Assembly: GCF_004353825.1 (NCBI RefSeq)
Contig: NZ_SMNA01000001.1
Coordinates: 62,001 to 126,000 of the forward strand
Source: Occultella glacieicola
Lineage (GTDB): Bacteria > Actinomycetota > Actinomycetes > Actinomycetales > Beutenbergiaceae
Length of the DNA: 64,000 nucleotides
Direction: 5' to 3'
The translations under genes and the position numbers were made by a program. Positions 1-9,413 of the stretch are shown here, one piece after another. Numbering within the stretch: the stretch's first letter is position 1; the number at the start of each line of letters is the position of its first letter. The notes under the pieces were generated by a model that saw only the letters and a list, made by a program, of their open reading frames with translations, was not told where the DNA came from and did not search any database.

Positions 1-280
1 GGACCGGGTGCGGATCATGGTCAACGGCACCGAGCACTTCCGGGCCTGGCTCGACGGCGAGTACCTGTTCGGCGCCCCGGGCACCCAGGCCATGTTCCCC
101 GCGCCGCACAGCAGCCAGATCGGCCACGCCGTCGACCTCGACCTCCCGCCCGGTGAGCACACGCTCAGCCTCGCCCTGAGGCGCCCGCCGGCCTCCCGCC
201 CGGTCGCCGAGTGGGTGGTGGGCGTGGCCGAGCTGCCCTCGTGCCTCTGGATCCCGAACGCCCTCCGAAGGACACCATGA
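1..280 (+). CDS. 3' end of an upstream CDS (5'-truncated); function not determinable, beta-rich C-terminal domain
   Basis: Open frame with GC-rich codon usage ending at TGA 278-280, which overlaps the next ATG (ATGA). Confidence 0.6.
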   Translation, partial: DRVRIMVNGTEHFRAWLDGEYLFGAPGTQAMFPAPHSSQIGHAVDLDLPPGEHTLSLALRRPPASRPVAEWVVGVAELPSCLWIPNALRRTP

Positions 281-1539
281 TCAGCATCGGCATCAGCGGC
301 GCGGGCCTGTTCGCGGAGTCGTTCATCCCCCTGTTCGCGAAGCATCCGCTCGTGGAGCGGGTGGTCCTGGCCGACCTCATCCCCGACCGGCTCGCCGAGG
401 TGGCCGCCCGGCACGGGATCACCGAGACGGCGGCCTCCCACGCGCAGCTGTGCGCGAGCGACGTGGACGCCGTCGCCATCTTCGCCCAGAGGCACCTGCA
501 CGGACCGCTCACCATCGAAGCACTCGAGGCCGGCAAGCACGTCTACTGCGCGGTGCCGATCGCGTCGAGCCCGGCGGACGTCGAGCAGATCGTCGCCACG
601 GTCGAACGAACCGGGCTCGTGTACGCCAGCGGTGAGACGTCCTACTACTACCCGCACACGATCTACTGCCGGGACCGGTACGCAGCCGGGGACTTCGGCG
701 CGTTCGTCTACGGCGAGGGCAACTACCTCCACGACATGACGCACGGCTTCTACACGGCGTTCCAGCACAGCGGCGGTGAGCACTGGCGCCGCGTGGCCGG
801 CTTCCCGCCGATGTACTACCCGACGCACTCGACCGGTGCCGTGCTCGGCGTGACCGGTGCCCGGGTGACCCAGGTCAGCTGCCTGGGCTACACCGACACC
901 GAGGACGACGGCGTGTTCGGCACGGGTCGCAACGAGTGGGACAACCCGTTCTCGAACCAGACCGCGCTGATGCGCACCGACGACGGCGGGATGATGCGGA
1001 TCAACGAGTTCCGCCGGTCGGGCTGGCGCGGCCGGCACGGCAGCAACCCGCTCACCATCCACGGCACGCTCGCCTCGTACGAGGAGAACGCCGGTAGCCA
1101 GCTGTGGGTCGACCGTCAGGACGGGCCCACCGACGTGTCGGAGATCCTCGCCTGCGCCGCGCACACCCGGGACACCGAGACCGCCGGCGCCGGGGCCGCC
1201 GATCGTGCCGACCTGCACGAGGTGCTCCGGGAGGACTTCAACAGCCGCTACGCCTCCGTGCACCCCACCGCCCGACTGCCGCGGGTCTACGCCGGGCTGC
1301 GCAACGGTCACCTCGGGTCGCACCACTTCCTCGCCGACGACTTCGTGCGTGCCGTGCGTACCCGCTCCGTGCCACCGGTCAACGTGTGGGAGGCGGCGAA
1401 GTTCTGCCTGCCGGGCCTGCTCGCGCACGCCTCCAGCCTGGCCGGAGGGACCCAACTCGAGGTACCGGATCTCGGCGGGCCACCGCCGGACCGACCGCGT
1501 CTCGACCTCGACATCCCGGTGGAGGAGCTCATCGACTGA
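277..1539 (+). CDS. Gfo/Idh/MocA family oxidoreductase
   Basis: N-terminal Rossmann GISGAGLFA; 'H...ALEAGKHVYCAVP' family motif; YPTH catalytic region; ATG at 277 coupled to the upstream stop. Confidence 0.85.
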   Translation: MISIGISGAGLFAESFIPLFAKHPLVERVVLADLIPDRLAEVAARHGITETAASHAQLCASDVDAVAIFAQRHLHGPLTIEALEAGKHVYCAVPIASSPADVEQIVATVERTGLVYASGETSYYYPHTIYCRDRYAAGDFGAFVYGEGNYLHDMTHGFYTAFQHSGGEHWRRVAGFPPMYYPTHSTGAVLGVTGARVTQVSCLGYTDTEDDGVFGTGRNEWDNPFSNQTALMRTDDGGMMRINEFRRSGWRGRHGSNPLTIHGTLASYEENAGSQLWVDRQDGPTDVSEILACAAHTRDTETAGAGAADRADLHEVLREDFNSRYASVHPTARLPRVYAGLRNGHLGSHHFLADDFVRAVRTRSVPPVNVWEAAKFCLPGLLAHASSLAGGTQLEVPDLGGPPPDRPRLDLDIPVEELID

Positions 1540-1686
1540 TCCCGTTCCACCGGCCCCGCCGACCCCGGTGGGGCGGATCGTCGCTGCCAGAACTGCATGT
1601 TGGACCGGTCCCGCGCCTCGTGGGGCCGCGCCACCCGGGGCCCGCCGCGGGCGCCCGGGCGCACGGAACCAATGGAGGGAATGCAG

Positions 1687-4281
1687 ATGCACGCTCACAC
1701 CCAGCCCGACCCCCAGTCCCGGGCCGCACAGAACCCCGACCTGACCCGCGCGGGAGTGTCCCGGCGCGCGGTCCTCCTCGGCACCGCCGGGCTCACGGGT
1801 GCCCTGGCCCTCGGCGCCGCCAGCACCTCCCGCGCCTGGGCCACGTCGGAGGGGACCGTACTGCCGCTCGTCGACCCGCTCGGTGCGCCGCCGGATCGCA
1901 CCGCGTTCGAGGACTCCGAACAGGTTCTCGCCGGCTACCTGACGGTGGTCGCCCCGATGGCGAACAGCATCCGGGACCTGGATCCGAACTACGGCTGGAT
2001 GGAGGACGGCTGGTGGCGTTCCCCCGAGCAGCCGTACAACGCCAGGGAGATGGAACAGGTCGCCACCCTGACCTGGTTCCTGACCCACGAGCGCTCCTGG
2101 AACCCGTACTTCGGCGACGCCCGGCTGCGCGACCGCCTGGAGGCGGCCCTCACCTACTACCTCGGCATCCAACTGCCGAGCGGGGCCTGGTCGGAGTACG
2201 CCTACGACGTCCCGCACCTGGCCCCCACCGGATTCGGTTCCGTCGCGCTGTCCCTGACCCACACCTATCTCTCCGAGGCCGGCGAACTCCCCGGGATGCT
2301 GCCACGGATCGAGGCGGCCCTGCGTGCCGCAGCCCTCTGGCTGACCGACCGGTCGAAGCCGCACTGGGCCCGGCCGATCCCCTACACGAACCAGGTCGTC
2401 GCCGGCCTCGTCGGTGTGGCCAACGCTGCCGAGGCTCTCGCCGACCCCTCGATCGCGGCCGCCGCGGACGAGTGCTGGACCGAGTTGCTCGAGCACAGCA
2501 TCACGCCCGCCGGCCACTCCATGGAGCCGGCCGGCTACGACAACGGCTACTCGTTCACCGTCGCCCTCCCGGACATCGCCGACGCGGCCCAGACCGGCGT
2601 GCCGCAGGCGGTCGAGATGGCGCGCTCGATGATGGGGTTCATCGGTCGGTCCGCCGTGTGGGAGCCGGACCGGGCCGGGTGGGTGCACTGGGCGGCGATC
2701 TGCGTTCGGAACTCGGCGTTCGCGAGTTCGGTGCAGCCGAGTGAGGTCGTCGACCGGTCGGCGCTCGGACGAGCCCTGCTCGGCGAACTGCCGGAGATCG
2801 GCGCCTTCCACCCGACGGACGTGGAGATCCTCGCCGCCCGCGAGGCGTGGGCCGCGGATCCCTCCCCGGTGGCCGCGCTGGCGAAGAAGGGCACGTCGCC
2901 GCGGACCTGGATGCATGGCAGCCGGGCCCCCCTCGGCCTCACGGTCACCGAGCGTGAAGCCGCGATCGAGGCGCTGCCGTACCACGCCCGCGACCGGTTC
3001 ACCGAGGTGCGCCGGGCGGGCAGCTTCGCGCTCGACTACCTGTTCGTCCGCCGCCCCTCCTACTATCTGACCGCCGCGCTCGGACACCGGGACGGACACG
3101 ACGGGCCGTATCGGCGACTCCGGATGGGGCCAGGCCTGCTCTGGCACCCCACCATGGGCACGCTGGCAGTCGTCCTCAACAACTACACCGACGACGGCTG
3201 GGGCCACTTCCCCGACGCGTCGGAGATCGCCGTCGTGGAGGTGGACCCGACCTACTACAGCGCCCCCGGGCGCGGAGGCACCGAACTCCCGGCAGCCGAG
3301 GTGGACGCCGTGACCGGCGACTTCAGTGTCGCCTACGTCGACGCCGCGATCGGGACCGACACCGACCTGAGCTTCCATGACCATGCGTTCACCCAGCGGA
3401 TCCGGACCCCCGAGCCGGGCCGGGCGCTGGTGCCCCTGCTCGTGCAGCCCGGGGACGTCCTGACGTTCTCGGACGGCACGGTCGCGGGCTCCGGCGACGT
3501 CCGGGACCTGTCCGGGGTCACCGGTCTGACCCTGGCCCGCAACGGCACCACGTTCGAGATCGGGTTCGGCGGCGCGCGCGACGTGCGGTTCGCCGCGACG
3601 GACCGCGCCGCGCTGGGCGGGACCCGCCGTCAACACCAGCTCTGGATCCCCCACGACGGCGCCCTGGACATCGCGTACACGTTCGCGACCCCCGCGGAGG
3701 TCGCCACCAGGCCGCCCGGCGCCGCCGTGCTGTCCACCGACAGCGGGCGCAGCGGTGTCACCGACGGGACGTTCACGGTCACGCTGAACCTGTGGTGGGG
3801 CATTAACGCGACCGTGTTCCGGCTGTATGAGAACGGCGCCCTCGTCGCGACCCGCTCGCTGCAGCCGGCCTCGCCGGGTGCCCAGACGGTGCAGGTCCCC
3901 CTGACCGGCCGGGTCGACGGCGACTACGAGTACACCGGCAGGCTGAGCAACGCGGCCGGGACGGTTCCGACCGGCTCGGCGACCGTCCGGGTGCGCGATG
4001 CGAAGCCGGCGGTCCCGGTGCTGTCCCACGACAACCACGTCGGCCGCTCCGACTACACGGTGACGTCCGACCTGTGGTGGGGGACGAACGCGACCGCGTA
4101 CCGGCTCTACGAGGACGGGGTGCTCGTCGACAGCCAGGCGCTGACCGCAGCCACCCCGGCCGCGCAGCAGGCCTCAACCGCGATCGTGGGACGACCGGCA
4201 GGTGAGTACCGCTATCACGCGGAGTTCGCGAACGCGGCGGGAACCTCCTCCTCGGACCCGATCACCGTCCGGGTCCGGTGA
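1687..4281 (+). CDS. Tat-exported multidomain protein: uncharacterised N-terminal catalytic-like region plus two C-terminal Ig-like (LWWGxNAT) repeats
   Basis: GGAGG RBS at about 1674; twin-arginine signal SRRAVLLG...AWA; duplicated module 'LWWG(I/T)NAT.(F/Y)RLYE.G.LV' at the C-terminus. Start may be 1681. Confidence 0.75.
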   Translation: MHAHTQPDPQSRAAQNPDLTRAGVSRRAVLLGTAGLTGALALGAASTSRAWATSEGTVLPLVDPLGAPPDRTAFEDSEQVLAGYLTVVAPMANSIRDLDPNYGWMEDGWWRSPEQPYNAREMEQVATLTWFLTHERSWNPYFGDARLRDRLEAALTYYLGIQLPSGAWSEYAYDVPHLAPTGFGSVALSLTHTYLSEAGELPGMLPRIEAALRAAALWLTDRSKPHWARPIPYTNQVVAGLVGVANAAEALADPSIAAAADECWTELLEHSITPAGHSMEPAGYDNGYSFTVALPDIADAAQTGVPQAVEMARSMMGFIGRSAVWEPDRAGWVHWAAICVRNSAFASSVQPSEVVDRSALGRALLGELPEIGAFHPTDVEILAAREAWAADPSPVAALAKKGTSPRTWMHGSRAPLGLTVTEREAAIEALPYHARDRFTEVRRAGSFALDYLFVRRPSYYLTAALGHRDGHDGPYRRLRMGPGLLWHPTMGTLAVVLNNYTDDGWGHFPDASEIAVVEVDPTYYSAPGRGGTELPAAEVDAVTGDFSVAYVDAAIGTDTDLSFHDHAFTQRIRTPEPGRALVPLLVQPGDVLTFSDGTVAGSGDVRDLSGVTGLTLARNGTTFEIGFGGARDVRFAATDRAALGGTRRQHQLWIPHDGALDIAYTFATPAEVATRPPGAAVLSTDSGRSGVTDGTFTVTLNLWWGINATVFRLYENGALVATRSLQPASPGAQTVQVPLTGRVDGDYEYTGRLSNAAGTVPTGSATVRVRDAKPAVPVLSHDNHVGRSDYTVTSDLWWGTNATAYRLYEDGVLVDSQALTAATPAAQQASTAIVGRPAGEYRYHAEFANAAGTSSSDPITVRVR

Positions 4282-4286
4282 CGACG

Positions 4287-4320
4287 ATACCGGTCCTGCC
4301 CGCCCGGGCGGGGCCGGTGT
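4287..4320. terminator. Hairpin between convergent genes, probably a bidirectional terminator
   Basis: ACCGGTCCTGCCCG / CGGGCGGGGCCGGT imperfect inverted repeat between stops at 4281 and 4333. Confidence 0.55.
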
Positions 4321-4332
4321 CCGCCACCGCCC

Positions 4333-5112
4333 TCACGCGCGGCGCAGGACGATCAGAGGCGTGACGTAATGCTCCCGGACCGTGCCGCCGAGGACCCGGA
4401 CGGCGTCGCCCGCGGCGGCGACCTCGGCCTCGCTCCAGTCGCTGAAGGTCGCGAACAGACCGCGCACCTGCGCCTCGTCGAGATCGATCCGCCACCGCAT
4501 CCGCTCGACCGACTCGACCACGAACAGGCCGCCGGCCGTCAGCATCTCGGCGAGTTCCGTCGTCCCGGCCCGGTGGCGGACGTCCGGGACGGACGCCCGG
4601 TCGGCCACGATCCCGGCGACCCGCACCCGAAAAGGGGTGAGCGCCGCCGTCGGGTCCCCGAACTCGTTCCGCCAGACGAGGAAGCGGCCCTGCGGGACCA
4701 GCGCCGCCCGCACCCGCGGGAGCACCAGACCCAGATCCATCCAGTGGATCGACGTGGCGGCCACGGCGAGGTCGTAGCCGGTCGGCGTCAGCTCGACGTC
4801 CTCGGCGCGGGCGACCCGGACGTCGGCAGCGGGGAACCGCTCGGTCAGGCGTCGCGCGAGCCGTGCACCGGGCTCCACGGCGGTCACGCTCAGGCCGGCG
4901 GCCAACAGCGGTCCGGTCGCCTGCCCGGTGCCGGCTCCGAGATCCACGGCACGCAGACCGGGGCGCAGCACCCCGAGCGCCCGCAGCCGGGACCAGAGGG
5001 CGTCCGGGTACGGCGGGCGGGCCGTCTCGTAGCCGAGGGGGTCGGCGTCGAAGTGCCGTGGGTCCGGCACCCTGGCGGCCGGTCCCACCGGGTCGGCGGG
5101 CGTGGCCGTCAT
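4333..5112 (-). CDS. Class I SAM-dependent methyltransferase
   Basis: 'YETARPPYP', motif I VDLGAGTGQAT, 'AATSIHW'; ATG 5112 overlaps the upstream stop (ATGA). Confidence 0.85.
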   Translation of the reverse strand: MTATPADPVGPAARVPDPRHFDADPLGYETARPPYPDALWSRLRALGVLRPGLRAVDLGAGTGQATGPLLAAGLSVTAVEPGARLARRLTERFPAADVRVARAEDVELTPTGYDLAVAATSIHWMDLGLVLPRVRAALVPQGRFLVWRNEFGDPTAALTPFRVRVAGIVADRASVPDVRHRAGTTELAEMLTAGGLFVVESVERMRWRIDLDEAQVRGLFATFSDWSEAEVAAAGDAVRVLGGTVREHYVTPLIVLRRA

Positions 5113-5765
5113 CCGAGCACCAGCGGGAGCCTCGTGGCCAGAGCACCCATTTCCGCCCTCTCGACCTGGGTGGGCTCGCGGCGTCCGGTCCCGACAAGGA
5201 GGGCGTCGGCGTCGGCGAGGGACTTCGGGAACGCCGCCCCCGCGATCTCCTCCAGCACCCCGCGGGCGGCGTGGAGGCCGGCCGCCGGCGGCCCGGAGTG
5301 CCCAGGCAGGTGCGCCACCAGATCGAGGTGGTGCAGCGTCCACTCCAGCACATACGCACCGAGGTAGTCGCGCGCCGCCAGCACCTGCCCACGCGTGCCC
5401 ACACGCAGGTCCGGGCGGGCGATCGCGGCGGCCCGCCCGGCGGCGGAGCCGACGTCGTCCAGATGGTGCCGGAGCAGCCAGGGCTCCTCGTAGGCGGCGG
5501 CGAGCCGAACGGTGAGCGCATCGAGCGGGTCGTCCCCCGTCGGTGGCGTCGCGCCGACCTCCCAGTAGGTCGCCGCGGTGCGGGTCGGTTCCTTCCCGGT
5601 CGGGGTGGCGAGCGTGATCAGGACATCCTGGGCGTCGATGACCAGATGGCACACGAGGTCCCGGACGAGCCAGCCACGACAGCCGGACGGCCGTTCGAGG
5701 TCCCCGTCGGCGAGTTCCGTCACGGCACCGAGCAGCGCCGACCAGGAAGGCCCGAAGAGGTCCAT
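5109..5765 (-). CDS. Maleylpyruvate isomerase N-terminal (MDMPI/DinB-like) domain protein
   Basis: 'PSGCRGWLVRDLVCHL' and 'EWTLHHLDL' metal-binding motifs; TAGGCT -10 seven nt before the ATG. Confidence 0.8.
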   Translation of the reverse strand: MDLFGPSWSALLGAVTELADGDLERPSGCRGWLVRDLVCHLVIDAQDVLITLATPTGKEPTRTAATYWEVGATPPTGDDPLDALTVRLAAAYEEPWLLRHHLDDVGSAAGRAAAIARPDLRVGTRGQVLAARDYLGAYVLEWTLHHLDLVAHLPGHSGPPAAGLHAARGVLEEIAGAAFPKSLADADALLVGTGRREPTQVERAEMGALATRLPLVLG

Positions 5766-5775
5766 GGCGGCCAGC

Positions 5776-6615
5776 CTACGTTCCGCCCTCGGCGGCGATC
5801 GCCGCGGCCTCGGCGCGGGCCGCGCCGGGGTCCAGGTAGTCGCCGCCTCGCACCTGGGATTCCGGGAGACCGCCCGTTGGAGTCCGTAGCCGATAGGCGA
5901 GCGGCCGGGCGTTCGGCAGGTTGAGAGCGGCAAGTTCGGCCCCGTCCAGCCGATCGAGGACGGCGCACACGGCGCGCAGCGAGTTCCCGTGCGCGACCAG
6001 GAGCACCCGGCGACCGGCGGCGACGTGCCCGCCGAGGATCTCCCGGACCCACGGACGGACCCTGGCCACGACGTCCGCGAGGGACTCGGTGGCGGTCAGG
6101 GCCTCGGGTGGCAGGACATCGAACGGCGACAGGGTGCGCCACAGCGCGAGGGTGCCCGGTGCGAGCGGCGGCGGGCGGCCCTCGAGGGAGCGCCTCCAGT
6201 GGATGAACCGCTCGTGGCCGAACCGCTCCGCGATCTCGCTCTTGCGGAACCCGGACAGGGCGCCGTAGTTGCGTTCGTTGAGGCGCCAGTCCCGGGCCAC
6301 CGGGACCGACGAGGGCCAGGCGGTCCGCATGAGCTCGGCGGTGCGCCATCCGCGCACGAGTTCGGAGGTGCAGATCACGTCCGGGATCCACCCGGTGCCG
6401 GCCAGCCGCTGACCGGCGAGCACACACTCCTGTTCGCCGGCGGGCGTGAGTCCCACGTCGATGACGCCGGTGAACAGGTGCCGCGCGTTCGCCACGGACT
6501 CGCCGTGCCGCACGAGCATGACGTTGGCCGTCGCGTGGGGGCCTGGCCCGGTCCCGAGGGTCTCGGACCGGGTGTGTGGGTCGGTCGTCGCATCGGGACC
6601 CAAGACGTGGCTCAT
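5776..6615 (-). CDS. gpmA: 2,3-bisphosphoglycerate-dependent phosphoglycerate mutase-like protein (histidine phosphatase family)
   Basis: RHGES, LNERNYGALSG, WRRS and AHGNSLR motifs. Confidence 0.7.
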   Translation of the reverse strand: MSHVLGPDATTDPHTRSETLGTGPGPHATANVMLVRHGESVANARHLFTGVIDVGLTPAGEQECVLAGQRLAGTGWIPDVICTSELVRGWRTAELMRTAWPSSVPVARDWRLNERNYGALSGFRKSEIAERFGHERFIHWRRSLEGRPPPLAPGTLALWRTLSPFDVLPPEALTATESLADVVARVRPWVREILGGHVAAGRRVLLVAHGNSLRAVCAVLDRLDGAELAALNLPNARPLAYRLRTPTGGLPESQVRGGDYLDPGAARAEAAAIAAEGGT

Positions 6616-6705
6616 CGCCCTTCAGCCTACGGCGCCGCCCGGCCCGCGGGTCCGCGCGGAGCACCCGGGGCGTGACATCCGGCCAGAAGAGAGGATGCTG
6701 GGGGT

Positions 6706-6921
6706 ATGGCCACCCCCCGATCGCTCGCGTCCAGCCCGTTCAACAACCTGCGGGTGCCGCAGCCGCCGCCGGCGGTGTTCGTGGTGGGACAGCGGGTCAC
6801 GCATGACCGTCACGGCCTCGGCCGGGTCGTCGGACTGGAGGGCGAGGTCGCCGTCCTGGTGGACTTCGGCGACCGCGTGGTCCGGGTGGCCGCGGGGTCG
6901 GCTCGGCTGCACGCGCTCTGA
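6706..6921 (+). CDS. Small (71 aa) Tudor/SH3-like protein resembling the PcrA/UvrD C-terminal or CarD N-terminal domain
   Basis: 'FVVGQRVTHDRHGLGRVVGLEGEVAVLVDFG' pattern. Confidence 0.65.
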   Translation: MATPRSLASSPFNNLRVPQPPPAVFVVGQRVTHDRHGLGRVVGLEGEVAVLVDFGDRVVRVAAGSARLHAL

Positions 6922-6981
6922 AGCGCGCGACCCCGCGTCCGGCGCGGCCTCGCCCGCCCCGGGTTCAGACCGCCTCCGGGC

Positions 6982-8664
6982 TCACCACTCCCGATGGTCG
7001 GGGATCAGCGTGCCCGGGTTGAGGTTGCGGCCCGGGTCCGCCGCCCGGAGCAGGCCTACCATCAGGTCCGTGCCCGCCTCGGAGATGTCCCCCTCGAGCC
7101 ACGGCGCGTGGTCGGTGCCGACGCCGTGGTGGTGCGAGAGCGTCCCCCCGGCGTCGATGAACGACTGCTGGATTGCGGTCTTCACGACGTCGTACTGGCC
7201 GAGGAAGTCCGCGTCCGGGTTCGGGGGGAACGCGAACGTGAAGTAGAGGCAGGCGCCGGAATGGTAGGAGTGCGACAGGTGACACATGATGAACCCCGGC
7301 ACGCCGAGCTCGGTGAACTTCGCCCGAGCCGCCCGCACCGTCGTGGTGTAGACCTGACCGAGCTTCGACCACGGGGCCGCGGTCTCGGACACGTCGCCGA
7401 TCGCGCCGCGGTCGAGGAGGAAGTCGCGGATGTAGGGGGTGTCGAACTTCTTCTGGTCGTACATGGCGCCGGGACCGCGGCCGAGCCGGATGCCGCCGTG
7501 CTTGCCGATGACCTTGCCCACGATGGACTTCTCGGTGCGGACCTTGCCGGCGCCGCCCTCGTATCCGATGTAGGAGATGCAGACCTTCTCGAGGTCCCAA
7601 CCGCGCCGGCGCAGGACCTCGAACAGGCCCTCGCCGACCTTGCCGGAGATGCCTTTCGACGCCTTGCGGGTCGCGAGTGAGAACGCGGTCTCGTTCGCGT
7701 CGGAGACCCGGGTGATCGTGGGTGCCGCGTCGGAGGTGGAGATCTCCGCCATGGCCGCGAGGCCGGCGGCCCAGTTCGGGAACAGGTAGGCGATGACGTC
7801 GCGGTTCTCGGGGACCCGGTGCACGTTCACCCAGGCCTCGGTGATGACCCCGAGGCGGCCCTCGCTGCCGATGATCATCTCGCGCACGCTCGGTCCGGTG
7901 GATGTCGACGGCAGCGGCCGCAGTTCCACCACCTTTCCGGGCAGGACCACCCGTAGGCCCCGGGTGATGTCGGCGATGTCGCCGTACTTGTCGGACTGCA
8001 TGCCCGAGGACCGGGTCGCGATCCAGCCGCCGAGGGTGGAGTGCTTGAACGAGTCCGGCTGGTGTCCCATCGTCCAGCCCCGGGTGGTGAGCTGCTCCTC
8101 GATGTCCGGGCCGAGTCCGCCCGCCTGGATCCGGGCGAGCCCGGAGCTCTCGTCGATCTCGAGCACCCGGTTCATGCGGCCGAGGTCCAGGGAGATGATC
8201 GTGCGTTCCTCCCGTGGCTGGGGGGTCAGGCTGCCCGAGATGTTCGAGCCACCGCCGAACGGGATGAGCACGGCGTCCGCGGCGACGGTCGCGTCGACCA
8301 CGGCGCGCACCTCGTCCTCGTTCGCCGGGTAGACCACCGCGTCCGGCACCCGGGGCAGGTCCCCGGCCCGCACCCGAACCAGGTCGCGCATGCCCTTGCC
8401 GTAGGTGTGCACCACGCGCAGCATGTCGTCGGTGCTGACCTGGTGGTCGCCGACGGCGGCCCGCAACCGGGCGCCGAGGTCGTCACCGAGACGGCTGGCC
8501 GGGACGGCGATCTCGTCGAACGTCGGCGGCTCGCCGCCGGGCTGGGTCAGGTCGATGCCGACCTTGTCCAGGACGAAGCCGGCGAACGCCGGCTTGTCCT
8601 CGTGGTGGAAGGCGATGCCCTCCACGCCCCAGCCCCACCATTTCTGGTGTTCGACGTCGGTCAT
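6982..8664 (-). CDS. FAD-linked oxidase (VAO/PCMH family), alkyl-dihydroxyacetonephosphate synthase-like
   Basis: KWWGWG, PFGGGSN, GHQPDSFKHSTLGGWIATRSSG, GSEGRLGVITE, PYIRDFLLD, GACLYFTFAF and SHHHGVG; ATG 8664 overlaps the upstream stop. Confidence 0.85.
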   Translation of the reverse strand: MTDVEHQKWWGWGVEGIAFHHEDKPAFAGFVLDKVGIDLTQPGGEPPTFDEIAVPASRLGDDLGARLRAAVGDHQVSTDDMLRVVHTYGKGMRDLVRVRAGDLPRVPDAVVYPANEDEVRAVVDATVAADAVLIPFGGGSNISGSLTPQPREERTIISLDLGRMNRVLEIDESSGLARIQAGGLGPDIEEQLTTRGWTMGHQPDSFKHSTLGGWIATRSSGMQSDKYGDIADITRGLRVVLPGKVVELRPLPSTSTGPSVREMIIGSEGRLGVITEAWVNVHRVPENRDVIAYLFPNWAAGLAAMAEISTSDAAPTITRVSDANETAFSLATRKASKGISGKVGEGLFEVLRRRGWDLEKVCISYIGYEGGAGKVRTEKSIVGKVIGKHGGIRLGRGPGAMYDQKKFDTPYIRDFLLDRGAIGDVSETAAPWSKLGQVYTTTVRAARAKFTELGVPGFIMCHLSHSYHSGACLYFTFAFPPNPDADFLGQYDVVKTAIQQSFIDAGGTLSHHHGVGTDHAPWLEGDISEAGTDLMVGLLRAADPGRNLNPGTLIPDHREW

Positions 8665-9413
8665 GAAACATCCTCCTGTGCCTGGCCGAGGTCGCTCTCG
8701 GGCCGGTTGTTGGCTCGATCGTCGTCGGTGACGAGGACGTACGAGGTCTGCATCGTGTGCATGGCACGCACGCGTGCGGTCAGGCGCGCGTTCAGGTCCG
8801 GCAGGCTCTCGCCGGCCCGCGCCCGCACGGGTTTGCCGACGATCACCTTGACCGGCATCCGGCCGGGCTTCGGCCACGCCGCGCCCACCGGCATCGCGTC
8901 GAACGCGCCGACCAGGGCCACCGGGATCAGCGGCACGTGCAGCGAGCGCGCGAGCGCGGCGGCGCCGGGCTTGAACGAGGCCATCTCCCCGGTCCGGGAC
9001 CGGGTGCCCTCCGGGAAGATCAGGAGCGGAACGCCCTGGCGGAGCAGGGACACCGACAGCCCGGCGCCCTTGCCGCGGTTGCTGCCTCGCTCGACGGGGT
9101 AGGAGTTGAAGAAGAACGAGGTGAGGGTGCTGCGCCACTTCTGCCGGTAGAAGTAGTCGGCGGCGGTCGCCGTGGCCAGGTTCTTCGTGACCCGGTACGG
9201 CAGCGCCGTGATGCACAGGGGCGCGTCGAGGTGACTGGAGTGGTTGGCCACGAGGATGAACGGTCCGTCGATCCCGGCCAGGTGCCGCTCGCCCTCGACC
9301 GTCACCCGGGTGTTCGCGAAGATCACCGGTCGAAGGATCAGCCGCTGAGCCACGTAGCGAAACCAGCGGTGCCACGCGCGGTGATACCGAGCGGTTCTGC
9401 GCTGTGCGCTCAT
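8661..9413 (-). CDS. PlsC-type lysophospholipid/glycerolipid acyltransferase
   Basis: NHSSHLD (HxxxxD) and IFPEGTRS motifs; ATGA overlaps at both ends. Confidence 0.9.
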   Translation of the reverse strand: MSAQRRTARYHRAWHRWFRYVAQRLILRPVIFANTRVTVEGERHLAGIDGPFILVANHSSHLDAPLCITALPYRVTKNLATATAADYFYRQKWRSTLTSFFFNSYPVERGSNRGKGAGLSVSLLRQGVPLLIFPEGTRSRTGEMASFKPGAAALARSLHVPLIPVALVGAFDAMPVGAAWPKPGRMPVKVIVGKPVRARAGESLPDLNARLTARVRAMHTMQTSYVLVTDDDRANNRPESDLGQAQEDVS

